DNA from: Lytechinus pictus
Taxonomy: Eukaryota
Assembly (NCBI RefSeq): GCF_037042905.1
Contig: NC_087245.1
Location: forward strand, 43,898,001 to 43,962,000
DNA length: 64,000 bases
Direction of reading: 5' to 3'
Of this stretch, positions 39,596 to 50,634 are shown one piece after another. Position 1 is the stretch's first letter. Every line of letters begins with the position of its first letter. The notes beneath the pieces were generated by a model. It was given only the letters and a program-made list of their open reading frames with translations. It did not search any database and was not told where the DNA came from. The position numbers and the translations under genes were made by a program.

Positions 39596-40305
39596 AAAGA
39601 AGAAGAAGCATTTTATGTGAATTTTTAAAAATACGCATAATGAGCATATTTAATGAGTTTCAAAATTCTGTGTAGATGTTTTGAATCCCCCACCTAATGC
39701 TATGATAGCAAACAGAATTGAAATCAGACTGGAAGTGACGAAGAAAAAGCATTTTGAAATTCAGTCAACAAATAGAGAAGAGGCATTTTATGTGATTTAT
39801 GAATTTCGCATAATTAGCATAAATAATTTTCTACCCAAAATTTAAAAATTATGTGTAAAAGTTTGGTGAACCTCATGAAGCTCTACCAGATGGAAGAAGA
39901 AAAAATTAAAATCGGTCAACAGATAAAGAAGAAGAAGCATTTTATGTGAATTTTTAAAAATATGCATAAATTAATTTCGCATAAATTAGCATAAAAATTG
40001 TTCTAGTCAAAATTTCAAAATTCTGTGTAGAAGTTTGGTGAACCTCATGAAGCTCTACCAGATGGAAGCAAAAATATCAAAATCGGTCCACAAATAAAGA
40101 AGCATTTTTTGTGAATTTTGAAAAATGCTCATAAATTAGCATATTTAATGAATTTCAAAATTCTGTGTAGAAGTTTTGAATCCCCACCTAGTGCTATCAT
40201 ATAAAGCAAACAGAATTGATGAAATCGGACTTGAAATTGCGAAGAAGAAGCATTTTGAAATTATGGACGGACGACAAGACGACGGACGCCACGCCACGGC
40301 ATAAA
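39596..40305 (-). mobile_element. Fragment of a second HINE/pearl-like family with ~165-bp subrepeats
   Basis: Recurrent GAAGAAGCATTTT..GTGAATTT..GCATAA units and a terminal (GACG)n microsatellite at 40265-40295. Confidence 0.5.
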
Positions 40306-41306
40306 AAGTGCTTAGAATGTACAGTTTTCTGGTCGGAATCACAATTTTCGCGCTCGAAATGATTGTTTGCTTAAGGGAGAAATATACTGATTATAAATAA
40401 ATGGGTTCTTGTACCGTTTGTCTTTATCCAGTAGATGCTGAATCAGCAATGTTCACAGCTGTGGAAAGAGCAGAACAGTAGAAGTAGGTTTTAGGATCCT
40501 CTATCTCCCCCCAAGCCTTTGGCACGACGAGAAGCGATGAAAAACGAGTCAGTGGCAAAGACGAAATTCCTGTCCAAAAAGCAATGTCTATTTTGAAAGG
40601 CTCCTCCAAACAGTTAACTCCAAAAAGTAGAAGAAAAGCAAAATGTAACGTCCAAATAACTGGAAACACGAACAACAGCAGGAACAAAAACGCGTAAAAC
40701 AGAAACTCCAAGAACACAAAAAGGATGTCATAACACGCTAGAGAGACATCTCGTAATCCGAGTGCCATGCAGGTCTACCGGCCCGACGGAGAGATCGCCT
40801 GGGCGAAGGAGCTGGGGTGGCAGCAGGAGCGATGCCGTCATCCTCAGGTGATGGAGTAGAAGGAGGCGGTCGAGCAGCCACGGAAGGGGAAGCTTCACGA
40901 GGAACTGCAGCTGAGGCAGCACGGCCGGCCAGGGATGACAAGACATCAACAGGGTCTGGTTGGCGGGAGCCATCAGGTTGATCCGTCAACGGTGATGGAC
41001 AGGCGTCGGTGATGGGCCCAGGTTGCTGTCGAGGAGACGGAGTAGGCGCAACCGGACACGGGGATGGTGATGGTAGTCCGCCAGACACATCAGTAGGTGT
41101 CAAGATCGACGGGGCAGATGTGGTGTTCGGGTAACTCCGGGTACGAAGGTCATCTTCCACCGTCCTCGGCGGCAAGGGCCGATGGACCGGAGTGTAATGC
41201 CGTAGAAATTTGCGATTCCTTAGTGTGATCCGGCCGGATCCATCAACACGGACTAGGTATTGGTCATGCTGCCGTACTTCAATCACCACGCCGGTCTTGT
41301 CCCATT

Positions 41307-44057
41307 TCAGAGGATGCGGCCCTGTTTGGTTCTGAATGCGTGGTTGCCAACAACAAGTGGAAGAAGCCGTTTGGTGTGTTCCTTCCAGCGTTCTGCTCCC
41401 TTCATGTGACGGTTGCGAAGGGCCTCCTCCCTTGCCTGTAGGGTCTCGCACCAGGTGTCGTGTGGCTTGTATTTGCCAGGGGCAATAGGAATAAAGTCCT
41501 GGATTGGGTGGCCGAAGACACACATTGCTAGGGATAGCTTCGTGTCCCTGTCTGGGGTGTTGCGATACTGAAGTATCGCCCGTTGAAAGTGATCCGTATC
41601 AAGGGAACCAGTAGTGCCCGTGTTGCTCATGATGAGGCGCTTGATGGTCTTCACAGCAACCTCAGCTCGACAGTTGCTGTGGGGAAATGCAACAGAGGCA
41701 AGACGATGATGGATGCCCCAATCCGAAAGGAAACGACGCGAAGCTACCGCTGTGAACTCAGGGCCGCCATCAGAAGCCAGCTCGTCGGGAATGCCGAAGG
41801 TGGCGAAGACACGACGGAGACATGTGATGAGTCCATTCGCCCCCTGTGCAGACCGTTCGACGATTGGCCAGTTCGAGTACCTGTCCACTATGACCAAATA
41901 ATTGCATCCTTTGTAATGAAAATAGTCTGCACAGATACACTGAAAGGGGAACGCCGGCGAGATCAGGGGAGCACTGGGATTGGATGGGGCTATCCGGTTA
42001 CACTGAGTGCATCCTGCACGTAAGGCTCTGATCGCGGGGGTAATGCCAGGCCAGAAGACAGAAGCTTCAGCACGAGGAGTTATCGAGGTAACCCTTTGGT
42101 GAGTAGCATGCAGGTGGGTCAAGACTTCATCCCGGAGGGAAGGAGGAATGGGTATACAATCATTAAAGAGGATAACCCCATCAACCAAAGAAAGTCCATC
42201 GCGAAACTGAAAGTATTCACGCAGTGGGTGGGGAAATGCATGGCGGTGTGCAGGCAAGCCAGATTCGATGAGTTCGAGGAGGGTCTGCATGTTGTCATCA
42301 CTCGCTGTCGCAGAACGTACTCTATCCCTTGTAACCAATTTGAGGCGAATAGAGTCCAGGGCAAACATGGCAGAGGATAGTGAGCAGACTTCAACAGAAT
42401 CAGTGTAAGGCTCCAAGATCTGAAGCCCCCCCCCCCCCATTAGCGTCGGTGAGTTCAGGAACGATAGCGGCATGACACCAACCATAGCTACGTCATCTGG
42501 GAGGTGCAATCTCTCTGCCTTGCCTGTAGGGTGGCGAGAGAGGCAATCTGTAGCTCGGTGATGGATGCCAGGGACATGGAACATTCTGAACTTGTACCGC
42601 AGTGTCTTCTCCTTTAGATTCCTCAAGCGGAGATTAGGGATCCCCTCCAAGGCCCTATCGCCGAAAATCTTAAGTAGTGGCTTGTGGTCCACGGCAATGA
42701 TGAGATCCTCGCATCCCAAGACGAAGTATCGTGCCTTGTCTAGGGCGTCCACTACTGCTAGTGCCTCGCCTTCCACTGGGGCGTAGCGGGATTCAGCAGC
42801 ATGAGTAAACCGACTCCCTGCAAGTGTTACCTTCCAACCTGTGACACAGCAGAAGGGGATAGTGCCATCGCAGGTGCAGTGTTTCTGCAGAAGCCAAAAG
42901 CCAATGCCATCCTTAGACCAGTCCGTTGCCAGGCAGGTCGGCTTGCTGGGGTCAAATATCCTCACGCCATCTTCGATCTCGCCGGCAATAACAGCTTTGG
43001 AGTCTTCAAAGGCACGCTGGAGGGCAGTAGTCCACACGAATGGCGTACTGGGCTTCAGGAGCTGACGAAATGGTAACATCTTCTCTGTCATGCTGAAGGC
43101 ATACGATACTTGGTTGACAAGCCCAAACCATGACCGCACATCAGTGATATTAGACGGTGCTGGGAAATCAAGGATCGCCTGCAGGTATTTCTGGCATGGC
43201 CGGACACTGTCAGTAGTGATTTCGAATCCTGCGAATTCGACAACATCTGCGCCAAGTGTGAATTTGGTAGGGTTGAGGATGATCCCTTTCCTACCACAGA
43301 TGTCTAGCCATTCGACTGCTTGGAAGAAGCTGTCAGCTAATGTGTCCGCCCAGAGTAAGACGTCATCAACACACTTTGTCTTGCATGGGATGGCTGATAC
43401 AATCTCGTCGTATCGCCTGGTGTAGCCGTCACCAGAAGCGATGTATCCCTGAGGCGCGGTTTTGTAGCGGTATCTACCCCAGGGTGTGATGAATGTTGTG
43501 AGATGGCGATCCTTCTGGCAGATGGGTACACTGTGGTAGCCATTCCAAGCATCACAGACAGTCTTCTTCTTGCCGTGAGGAACTGACCTCGCTTGGAGAA
43601 AAGGGGATTGAGTGTGGTGTGTCTCGCGGGTTGCATGAGCATTGAGGGCCTGGAAGTCGACAGTCCTTCTCGGTTTGCCATTCTTCTTGGCACACACAAC
43701 CATCCTATGGCACCAAGTGACAGGCTCACCAACAGGTACAGGTTCAAGCACACCCAGCTGAACATCGTGATCTAACCCAGCCTTGACTGCATCCCGCCAG
43801 TGGAGTGGTACAGGCACGGGGGTTTGATGTGCGATAGGCTCTGCATCAGGGTCCACCATCAGTTTAATGGGAGGGCCATCCATCAGGGGCAGTGGTTGGT
43901 GTTCGCAAGTGTTGAACGTACTACTCTTGTAATAATCAAGGAGGTATTGCTGGAGCTTGGCGCCGTTGCCCTCAGTTGCCGGGAAAGGTAGTGAGGTGGG
44001 AGGCGGTGGGGGCAATATACGTTGAGGGCAGTGGCAGGCACGTCTTTTTGAGGCCAA
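41307..44057 (-). pseudogene. pol: Gypsy pol (RT, RNase H, integrase), 916-aa open segment
   Basis: Motifs as above. The C-terminus continues in another frame to the stop at 40738. Confidence 0.9.
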
Positions 44058-44279
44058 TCAAGGACTGCAGCCGTGTCCGACAGGGGCGGGTCCCGTGTCG
44101 CACCCAGTTGTGGGAAACTATCTGAGATGATTCCAAGGCCAACACAGGCTTCCCGGCTGAGGAAAAGCTGATCAGAACTGTCTGTGACGTAGGTAAGCTG
44201 TCTCGTCCGGACGGTACGGCCTCGGGCACCCGTGCCAGACAGACACAATGGAATGGCCCCAAGAATCCTGACGCCCCCT

Positions 44280-44940
44280 TTAGTGGCAGTCCGCATCTTC
44301 ATACATGCCGGCCAAGCAGCTCTGGCACCCAGTGTCAGCCATAGCAGGGGTAGATTGAGGCATCGTAGGGGAGGAGAGCCGAAATCCAAGAGCTTCGTAG
44401 TCATCAGGGACAACCAGAGCAGTCACATCTACAAAGGGTTGCGGGGAAGACTTCCTTCTGATCCATGCTTGGTTAAGGCTATCATAAACGTGATGATCAA
44501 GGGGAATGCCATGGCCTCCGCAGGAGTGATCATAGCCATGAACAGAGCAAAAGGAGTCACATAGAGCATTCTCCTTTCCCTCGGGGGTCACCGGAGGGAG
44601 ACGTTTTGGTTTGTCCCTGCTTCGGCATACGTTCTCCATGTGGTGGAATCTATCACAGTGCCTGCATTTGTGTCCAAAGGCATCACATTGTGTCTTACGG
44701 ATGCAAGCAGGGGCACCCCGTCCATGTCCCTTCTTGCCACAGTAGTTACACAAGTCTTGGCCTTCCTTGAGGTGCATTTGCTTGGTTTTCCGATATGAGC
44801 TGCTAGCGGAGTTTACGACGTGAGAGTCCAGGAGGGATGAAGCAGAACGCTTGCCGGCCTCCTTCGCCTCGATGAACTGGAAGACATCTTCTAAGTCCAT
44901 GGTCTGGTTCTTGTCCCCCAAGAGGTCGAGCTGAATCTCT
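44280..44940 (-). pseudogene. gag: Gypsy gag C-terminus and start of protease, 5'-truncated
   Basis: CCHC knuckles and DTG motif. The frame is broken by deletion or frameshift at ~44290. Confidence 0.85.
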
Positions 44941-45679
44941 TGGCCTTATTGTATGGCCTTATCATATATCAGAGGAAAGGTAATGATGTGGGGATTATCA
45001 TTTGGTCATTAAAAAATAACGAAAATAATACATAAGGTGGAAATCGCCAATTAAAAAAACGCTAATATATATGCCTCTCCGAAATATGCCTCGCATCGGT
45101 CCCTGAATTGACTCGAATTTGATGACGTGCATGAGTGTACGAGGGACGTGATTGGCTCTCCCACGTCAAGCTCCATTGCATACAAAACCTGTTGCGAGGG
45201 TACGTTTTCTCCGCTGTCACTGCATACTTCGATCACGAAATGAAAGAAAACCCAGAAGTTTATCTAGGTTTGGATTTTCACATTAAAGATTTTGAAGATG
45301 AAGATAATGATGATGAAGTCTGTAGCTCTAGAACAACAAAGTGATGTGGATGGAGGTAAATTAGGGGAATTACGCCGGTGATTACGCCAATTCAACTTGC
45401 ATGCATGCCGATTCGCTACCAACTCATGCAGCTGCGAGCTGCACTGCGGGTCAAATCCATGAAAATGAATTCCAGCATGACCACATCCAGACAGAGTCTC
45501 TTCCCTCTATCAACAAAGAATGAGAAGGAAAATAATGATATAACTGTACTCACAAACAAGTGAATATATCCGAACCTGAAGGCAAATCAACTCAACGAAT
45601 AGCAGCAGACGATATGGACCGACGATGAACTTCACGTGGCTGGGATAGATTGTCACTCGTTCTGTACGTTAGAAAAAAT

Positions 45680-46187
45680 GTATATCTCATTATTTTGACA
45701 AAATTACGAAACTCGGGGAATTATTTTTCTATATAAAAACATAGTAACATCTGGTACTTTTTTTTATTCCGATAAAAACCTTTTTTGAAGCAAAAAAACG
45801 AGGTAAATTAAAATTAGATATAAAAGATCATCCGCCTAGCTCGCATGCGATTGTAAACAAACAATCACAAACACAGGGCTAGCTTGCTCGCCTTGCTGAT
45901 TGTTTACAATCGCATGCGAGCTACGCGGAGGATCTTTTATATCTAATTTTAATTTACCTCATTTTAATGCATGGCTGATCGTCAACAAGATGGAGAGTCA
46001 AGTGAGTTTAAACGCTAGCCTGTAAACTGTTTTTGCTCACTCATGCGTGAATGAGGAATAATCTAAGTAATATCAGATGAAAGAGGAGATTCTAAGCTTT
46101 ACACTGGTAGGTAATTTGTCTATTGTATTTATAAAAATTAAATAAATCATCGCTTAATCTCGGTTTCGTTTTTTCTGGGACACACTG
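45680..46187. mobile_element. Tc1-like MITE remnant with an internal 61-bp inverted repeat
   Basis: Right end TTTTCTGGGACACACTG|TA. Arms at 45800-45860 and 45900-45960. Confidence 0.55.
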
Positions 46188-46804
46188 TATATTAAAACAA
46201 CATTCATTGAATGACATGTTATGGTGTTATTTTAATGTAGCCTCTTTTACTACAGTACAAGTATATGCCTACTGGTACATATAATTAAAATAATAATATG
46301 CGTATATACATGTAGAAAAAGATAATACATGTAATTCACTGCAGCAACTTAGAAAACATGAGAAACTGGGAATGGGTTTAAATTATTATCAGGAAATATT
46401 TAAACTTCATCAGAAAAAAATCAGGGATTTTTGTTTCTTGAAAAGCTGGGAACCCCGATTGGGTTAAGCCAGCCGTTAACTATCTACAGTAGATCGTATA
46501 CATAGAGGTGGATAAATAAAAATCATATTTTTTCCATCTCTATGATCGTGTATTAGCGTTATTTTACAGAAAAATAGCAAATTTTATTGTTTTTCACCAA
46601 AACCTTCAAAATATCCCCAAAGTTTGTTCAATCCCGCAATATTTTTTTTCATCCCCACAGACTTGAAAATCCCCATATTTTCAAAATTTGGGGATGGAAA
46701 TATACGTCACTCTAACTGTACTTCAATATCGAGGGGCGAGCGTGTGAAGATTCGAAGCCGGCGCGCGGAAAGTAAATTGAAAACAAGTCACCATGCAAAC
46801 TTTA

Positions 46805-47350
46805 CAAATTAGACCAAATGGCATGTAGACGAAATGAATGTTAGACTATCTGGAAATTAGACCAAGTGGAAATTAGCCGAAGTGGAATTAGACTAAGTGG
46901 AAATTAGCCGAAATGGAAATTAGAATAACTGCATATTAGACCAACTGAATAATGGACCAAGTGAGGTTTGGACCAACTGCACAATAGACCAACTGCAATA
47001 AAGACCAAATGAATAATCGACCAAGTGAGGAGTAGACCAACTGGTATTAGACCAACTAGTATTAGAGCAACCGACTGTTAGACTAAATGCAATTAGACCA
47101 AGTGACAATAAAATACATCAGACGAAGTGGCAATTAGACAAACTGGGCATTAGACCAAGTAGCTATTAGACCAAGTGGTCATTAGACCAATTGGCTATTA
47201 GACCAAGTGGTCATTAGACCAAGTGGCTATTAGACCAACAGGTCATTAGACCAAGTGGCTATCAAGTGGTCATTAGACCAAAAGAGAATAGGACTAAGTG
47301 GGTTTAGCCCGAATGCTGTTAGCCCATTAGACCAAGTGATATTAGACAAT
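46805..47350. repeat. Array of ~20-bp ATTAGACCAAGTGG units
   Basis: More than 20 degenerate TAGACCAA units. A similar remnant lies at ~970-1015. Confidence 0.85.
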
Positions 47351-48687
47351 CCGTCAGTAAACCATTCTAAGTCATACGTTCCCTTAATTGGTCGAATATT
47401 CACGGAATTCGAATCATTCAAAACAATATACATAGGCGGATCCAGGGGGGGGGGGGGCTATTGGCGGAGCAAAAAAAAAAACAAGAAGAGGAAAAATAAG
47501 AGGGAGACGAGTGAATAAAATGAGGTCAGCTGAAGACTTTGAAAATAATTTTAGTATTTCATATGAATTTTCGCTCGCACTTCGCTCTCGCATTGCCTGT
47601 TCGATGAGATACAAATCTTGCTCAATAGGCTGTATGTAGCTTAAAATATTAACTTTGGAAGTCAACAAACAAAACATATTTCAGCTCGGAAATCGAGCTT
47701 TCGTTATTCTGTTTGATTTAAATATTGATTTTTGTTAAAGCGCTCTTTAAAATGTCCGTTTTATGGTGTGAATATCAGAATTTTCATGCTTGCGCTGTGC
47801 GCTCTCATTATTTGATTTGCCAATTTCTATTGTCTTTGTGTATTCCATAAGATTATCAAAATATCCCTTTTCACGCGCGCTCGCACTTTGACTGGTGAGT
47901 TATGCAAACCTATATCACTTCTATTATTAAACTACTTTAAACCCCCTTTTTATAAAAGTGTACATTGTATAAAAAAAATTCGGCTCGCGATTTGCGCTCT
48001 CATTAATTGTTAAAAATATATCAACCAATGAATCCTATTCATGAATACAAAAGTGCTTAAAATATTCAGTTTCCAGGCCTCAACGTTAACAAATTTCACG
48101 CACTTATTAGGCCTATAAGATTATTTAATATGATAATAAAATTTTCATGATTTCCTATAATAACTAAATTCCCTTTTTCAGAAGGAAATATCGACAAGTT
48201 TCATATTGCGCTTAGAAAGAGGAATAGGGAGATATATCATTTTTATATGATGGCAAAATGTTCCTAGGCCTAGAATGTCCCTGTCCGAGGTCAAAAATGA
48301 TAATAAAAATATCGGCTCGCGCTTGCATCATTTATAAAGTGCTATCCACATTCACTTTACAATTTCCCTACACAGTGCTCTAAATAGTTCTTAAATTGAC
48401 CCTTTCCATACCAGAAAATACAATATGTTCAGCTCGCGCTCTGCACTCGTATTATTGATTTTCATGAAGAAAAAAAAGAAATTGATTCAGAATGCCCAGA
48501 TTCTGTCTAACTCTTAAAACACGCGCACACATGTTTATTGAGATACGCAGCTTGATCTTTATTCAAAACGTGCTAAAATTATCCAGTTTCTGATCAGAAT
48601 ATCAAAAAATTTTTGCTCTCGCATTATTGATATAGGAAGATACTAAATTACCCATCCTTTTTCATGATTTACAAAACATGAATAGTG

Positions 48688-49030
48688 TATTCGTAATTCT
48701 GAAGGTTCGGATATTCCAAAGGTTCGTTAGTCCGAAAACGAAATGAGGTTCGTAATTCCGAAGGTTCGTTAATCCGAAAACGAAATGAGCTTCGTTAGTC
48801 CGAAAACGGAATGAGGTTCGTCATTCCGAAGGTTCGTTAATCCGAAAACGAAATGAGCTTCGTTAGTCCGAAAACGGAATGAGGTTCGTCATTCCGAAGG
48901 TTCGTTAATCCGAAAACAAAATGAGGTTCGTGATTTCGAAGGTTTGTTAGTCCGAAAACGAAGCAAGGTTCGTTAATCCGAAGGGTCGTAAGTCCGAAAA
49001 CGAAATAAGGTTCGTAATTCCGAAAATGAA
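48688..49030. repeat. TTCG(N6)CGAA tandem array (foldback family arm)
   Basis: Repeated GGTTCGTAATTCCGAA / TTCGTTAGTCCGAAAACGAAATGAG units. Confidence 0.85.
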
Positions 49031-49034
49031 ATTA

Positions 49035-49612
49035 ATTCATTTTGGTAACAAGAACGGTGTTGTCTGAAATACTGAAAATTTCATCAAAATCGGACAACAA
49101 ATAACAAAGTTATTGAATTTTAAAGTTTATTAATATTTTTTTAATACAGTTATATGCACATCGTCGTGAATATTCATGAGGTGGGCTGATGATGTCACAT
49201 CCCCACTTCGTATTTTTCTTATGTTATTACATAAAATCCTAAATGTTTCATTTTTTCATACATGTGTAAATGATGTGTCTCCACTGTGATGAAATAAGTT
49301 GCGGCAATAAATAACTAATGTACTTAATCAGTTGTCAATCCAATTGTTTTAGTTCTTGGTAGAAATTTTTTGAATAAACCCAATTTCATATAATAAAATA
49401 CAAAAGAACAAGTGGGGATTTGACATCATTAGCCCACATAATGAGTGTTCATAAAGTCATGCCTAGAACTGTTTCACCGGAATAATGCAAATCTTTAAAA
49501 TTCAATAACTTCGTTATTTGTTATCCGATTTTGATCAAATTTTCAGCATTTTTCTTTGTGAAATTTACTGTATTTATTCAGATATAAATATCTCCAGCCT
49601 GGACCATGACTT
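49035..49612. mobile_element. Palindromic MITE (Kolobok-like, TTAA at the right end), left end truncated
   Basis: TGAAAATTTCATCAAAATCGGACAACAAATAAC vs GTTATTTGTTATCCGATTTTGATCAAATTTTCA; GATGTCACATCCCCACTT vs AAGTGGGGATTTGACATC. Confidence 0.65.
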
Positions 49613-50634
49613 TAAGAATAGGTGCCCGGATCAAGCATAGGCTTAATTTCGATTTTATCTGAGCAATTGCTGCCTAAGCAAATGGTTTAAGGATGCAGGG
49701 GATTAAGTGTATTGGTCGCGTGCGAGTAACCTCCAGATAATAGGATTTGTATTGGAGGGGATGTCATTTTTAATAAGAGCTTCTGCTGGTAAAAAAAAAA
49801 AAATGATACTAATGATGATCATAATAATCCAAACAATGATCATAATAAAAATGGTAATAAAGAATAGAAATGTTAATAAAATTATATTGATCGCTACGCC
49901 TAGTGTAAACAATGTAAATCCCTTTTTCGTGATTAAAAAAAATGCTCGGAATGTTTACTTTTTACGTGGGCGTTGTGGCCCACTGGATTAGGACCATTTG
50001 ATCTGTTTCTTTGATTTTTCTGTTTTTACACAAGCTATCTTGTTCAAAAGATTTCATTCTCCTTAATGATTACAAAAAGTGCTTAGAATGTCATTTTTTA
50101 GGTCAGAATGTCTAAAATTTTAGCTCGCTCTTCGCGTTCGCATTATTTAAATAGGGCTTATGAGATTATTGCACATTTATGTCGGTTTATAAGAATAAAG
50201 CTAAAGATTTACTGTTAGGACATGAGCGTTTTGCCCCCACCCCCCCCCCCCCTCCGCCCGCCCCCAATTTTTGACGAACAAGTAAAAAAAGTAAAAAAAG
50301 GAAAGGGTTAAATATGATATTATTTTCCAAATGTTATGTCAAAATCTATCACAAACTTGGATTTTTGTAATAAAAATGTCTAAATTTTTGCTCAATCGCT
50401 TCGCTCGCAATTTATCAATTATACGCGATAAATGGCTTTAACAAATGCCCCCCATTGGCGGAAGCTACATCCGCCCCTGAATATATATCTCTTTCCCCCT
50501 CTTGCAAGTCAAATTTCTCCTTCGTCAAACAGATTTGATTTCTGTGGTCTCAAAAGATTCAACTCAGGTAGAGTTTCCTGTAATAAACAAAATAAATTCC
50601 TCATAAAATGTCTTCTGGATTCATTACCATACAG

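Larger units (their letters stand above)
29658..39600 (+). mobile_element. CAGGGCCGTCGCT-ended repeat split by the LTR element (parts 29658-29870 and 38888 to ~39600)
   Basis: CAGGGCC terminus with a poly-G and purine tract like the other hAT-like elements. GTCGG/CCGAC motifs continue after the 3' LTR. Right TIR not found. Confidence 0.45.
40738..44940 (-). mobile_element. Ty3/gypsy internal region (gag-PR-RT-RH-IN, Mag/K02A2.6-like), frameshifted, no LTRs
   Basis: Double zinc knuckle CNYCGKKGH..CRHCDRFHHMENVC; protease ADTGCQS; RT CVDD; RNase [10 protein letters not shown]; integrase H..H..CTQC, CADYF, SDGGPEF, HSNCRAE. PR-RT-RH-IN order. Confidence 0.95.
47431..50479 (-). mobile_element. 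Inverted relative of the 9253/18023 family with CA(G/T)(G/A)GGCGGAT TIRs and 6-bp TSD AATATA; contains nested inserts
   Basis: 47460-48686 is the reverse complement of ~9870-11140. AATATA|CATAGGCGGAT ... ATCCGCCCCTG|AATATA. Confidence 0.7.

Noticed and set aside
41583..44564. Plus-strand ORFs over the gypsy element
   Set aside because: Antisense shadows of GC-rich pol, with no recognisable motifs.
45135..45563. Short ORFs with an acidic stretch
   Set aside because: No recognisable domain, interrupted by stops, and no clear splice structure. Cannot be supported without a search.
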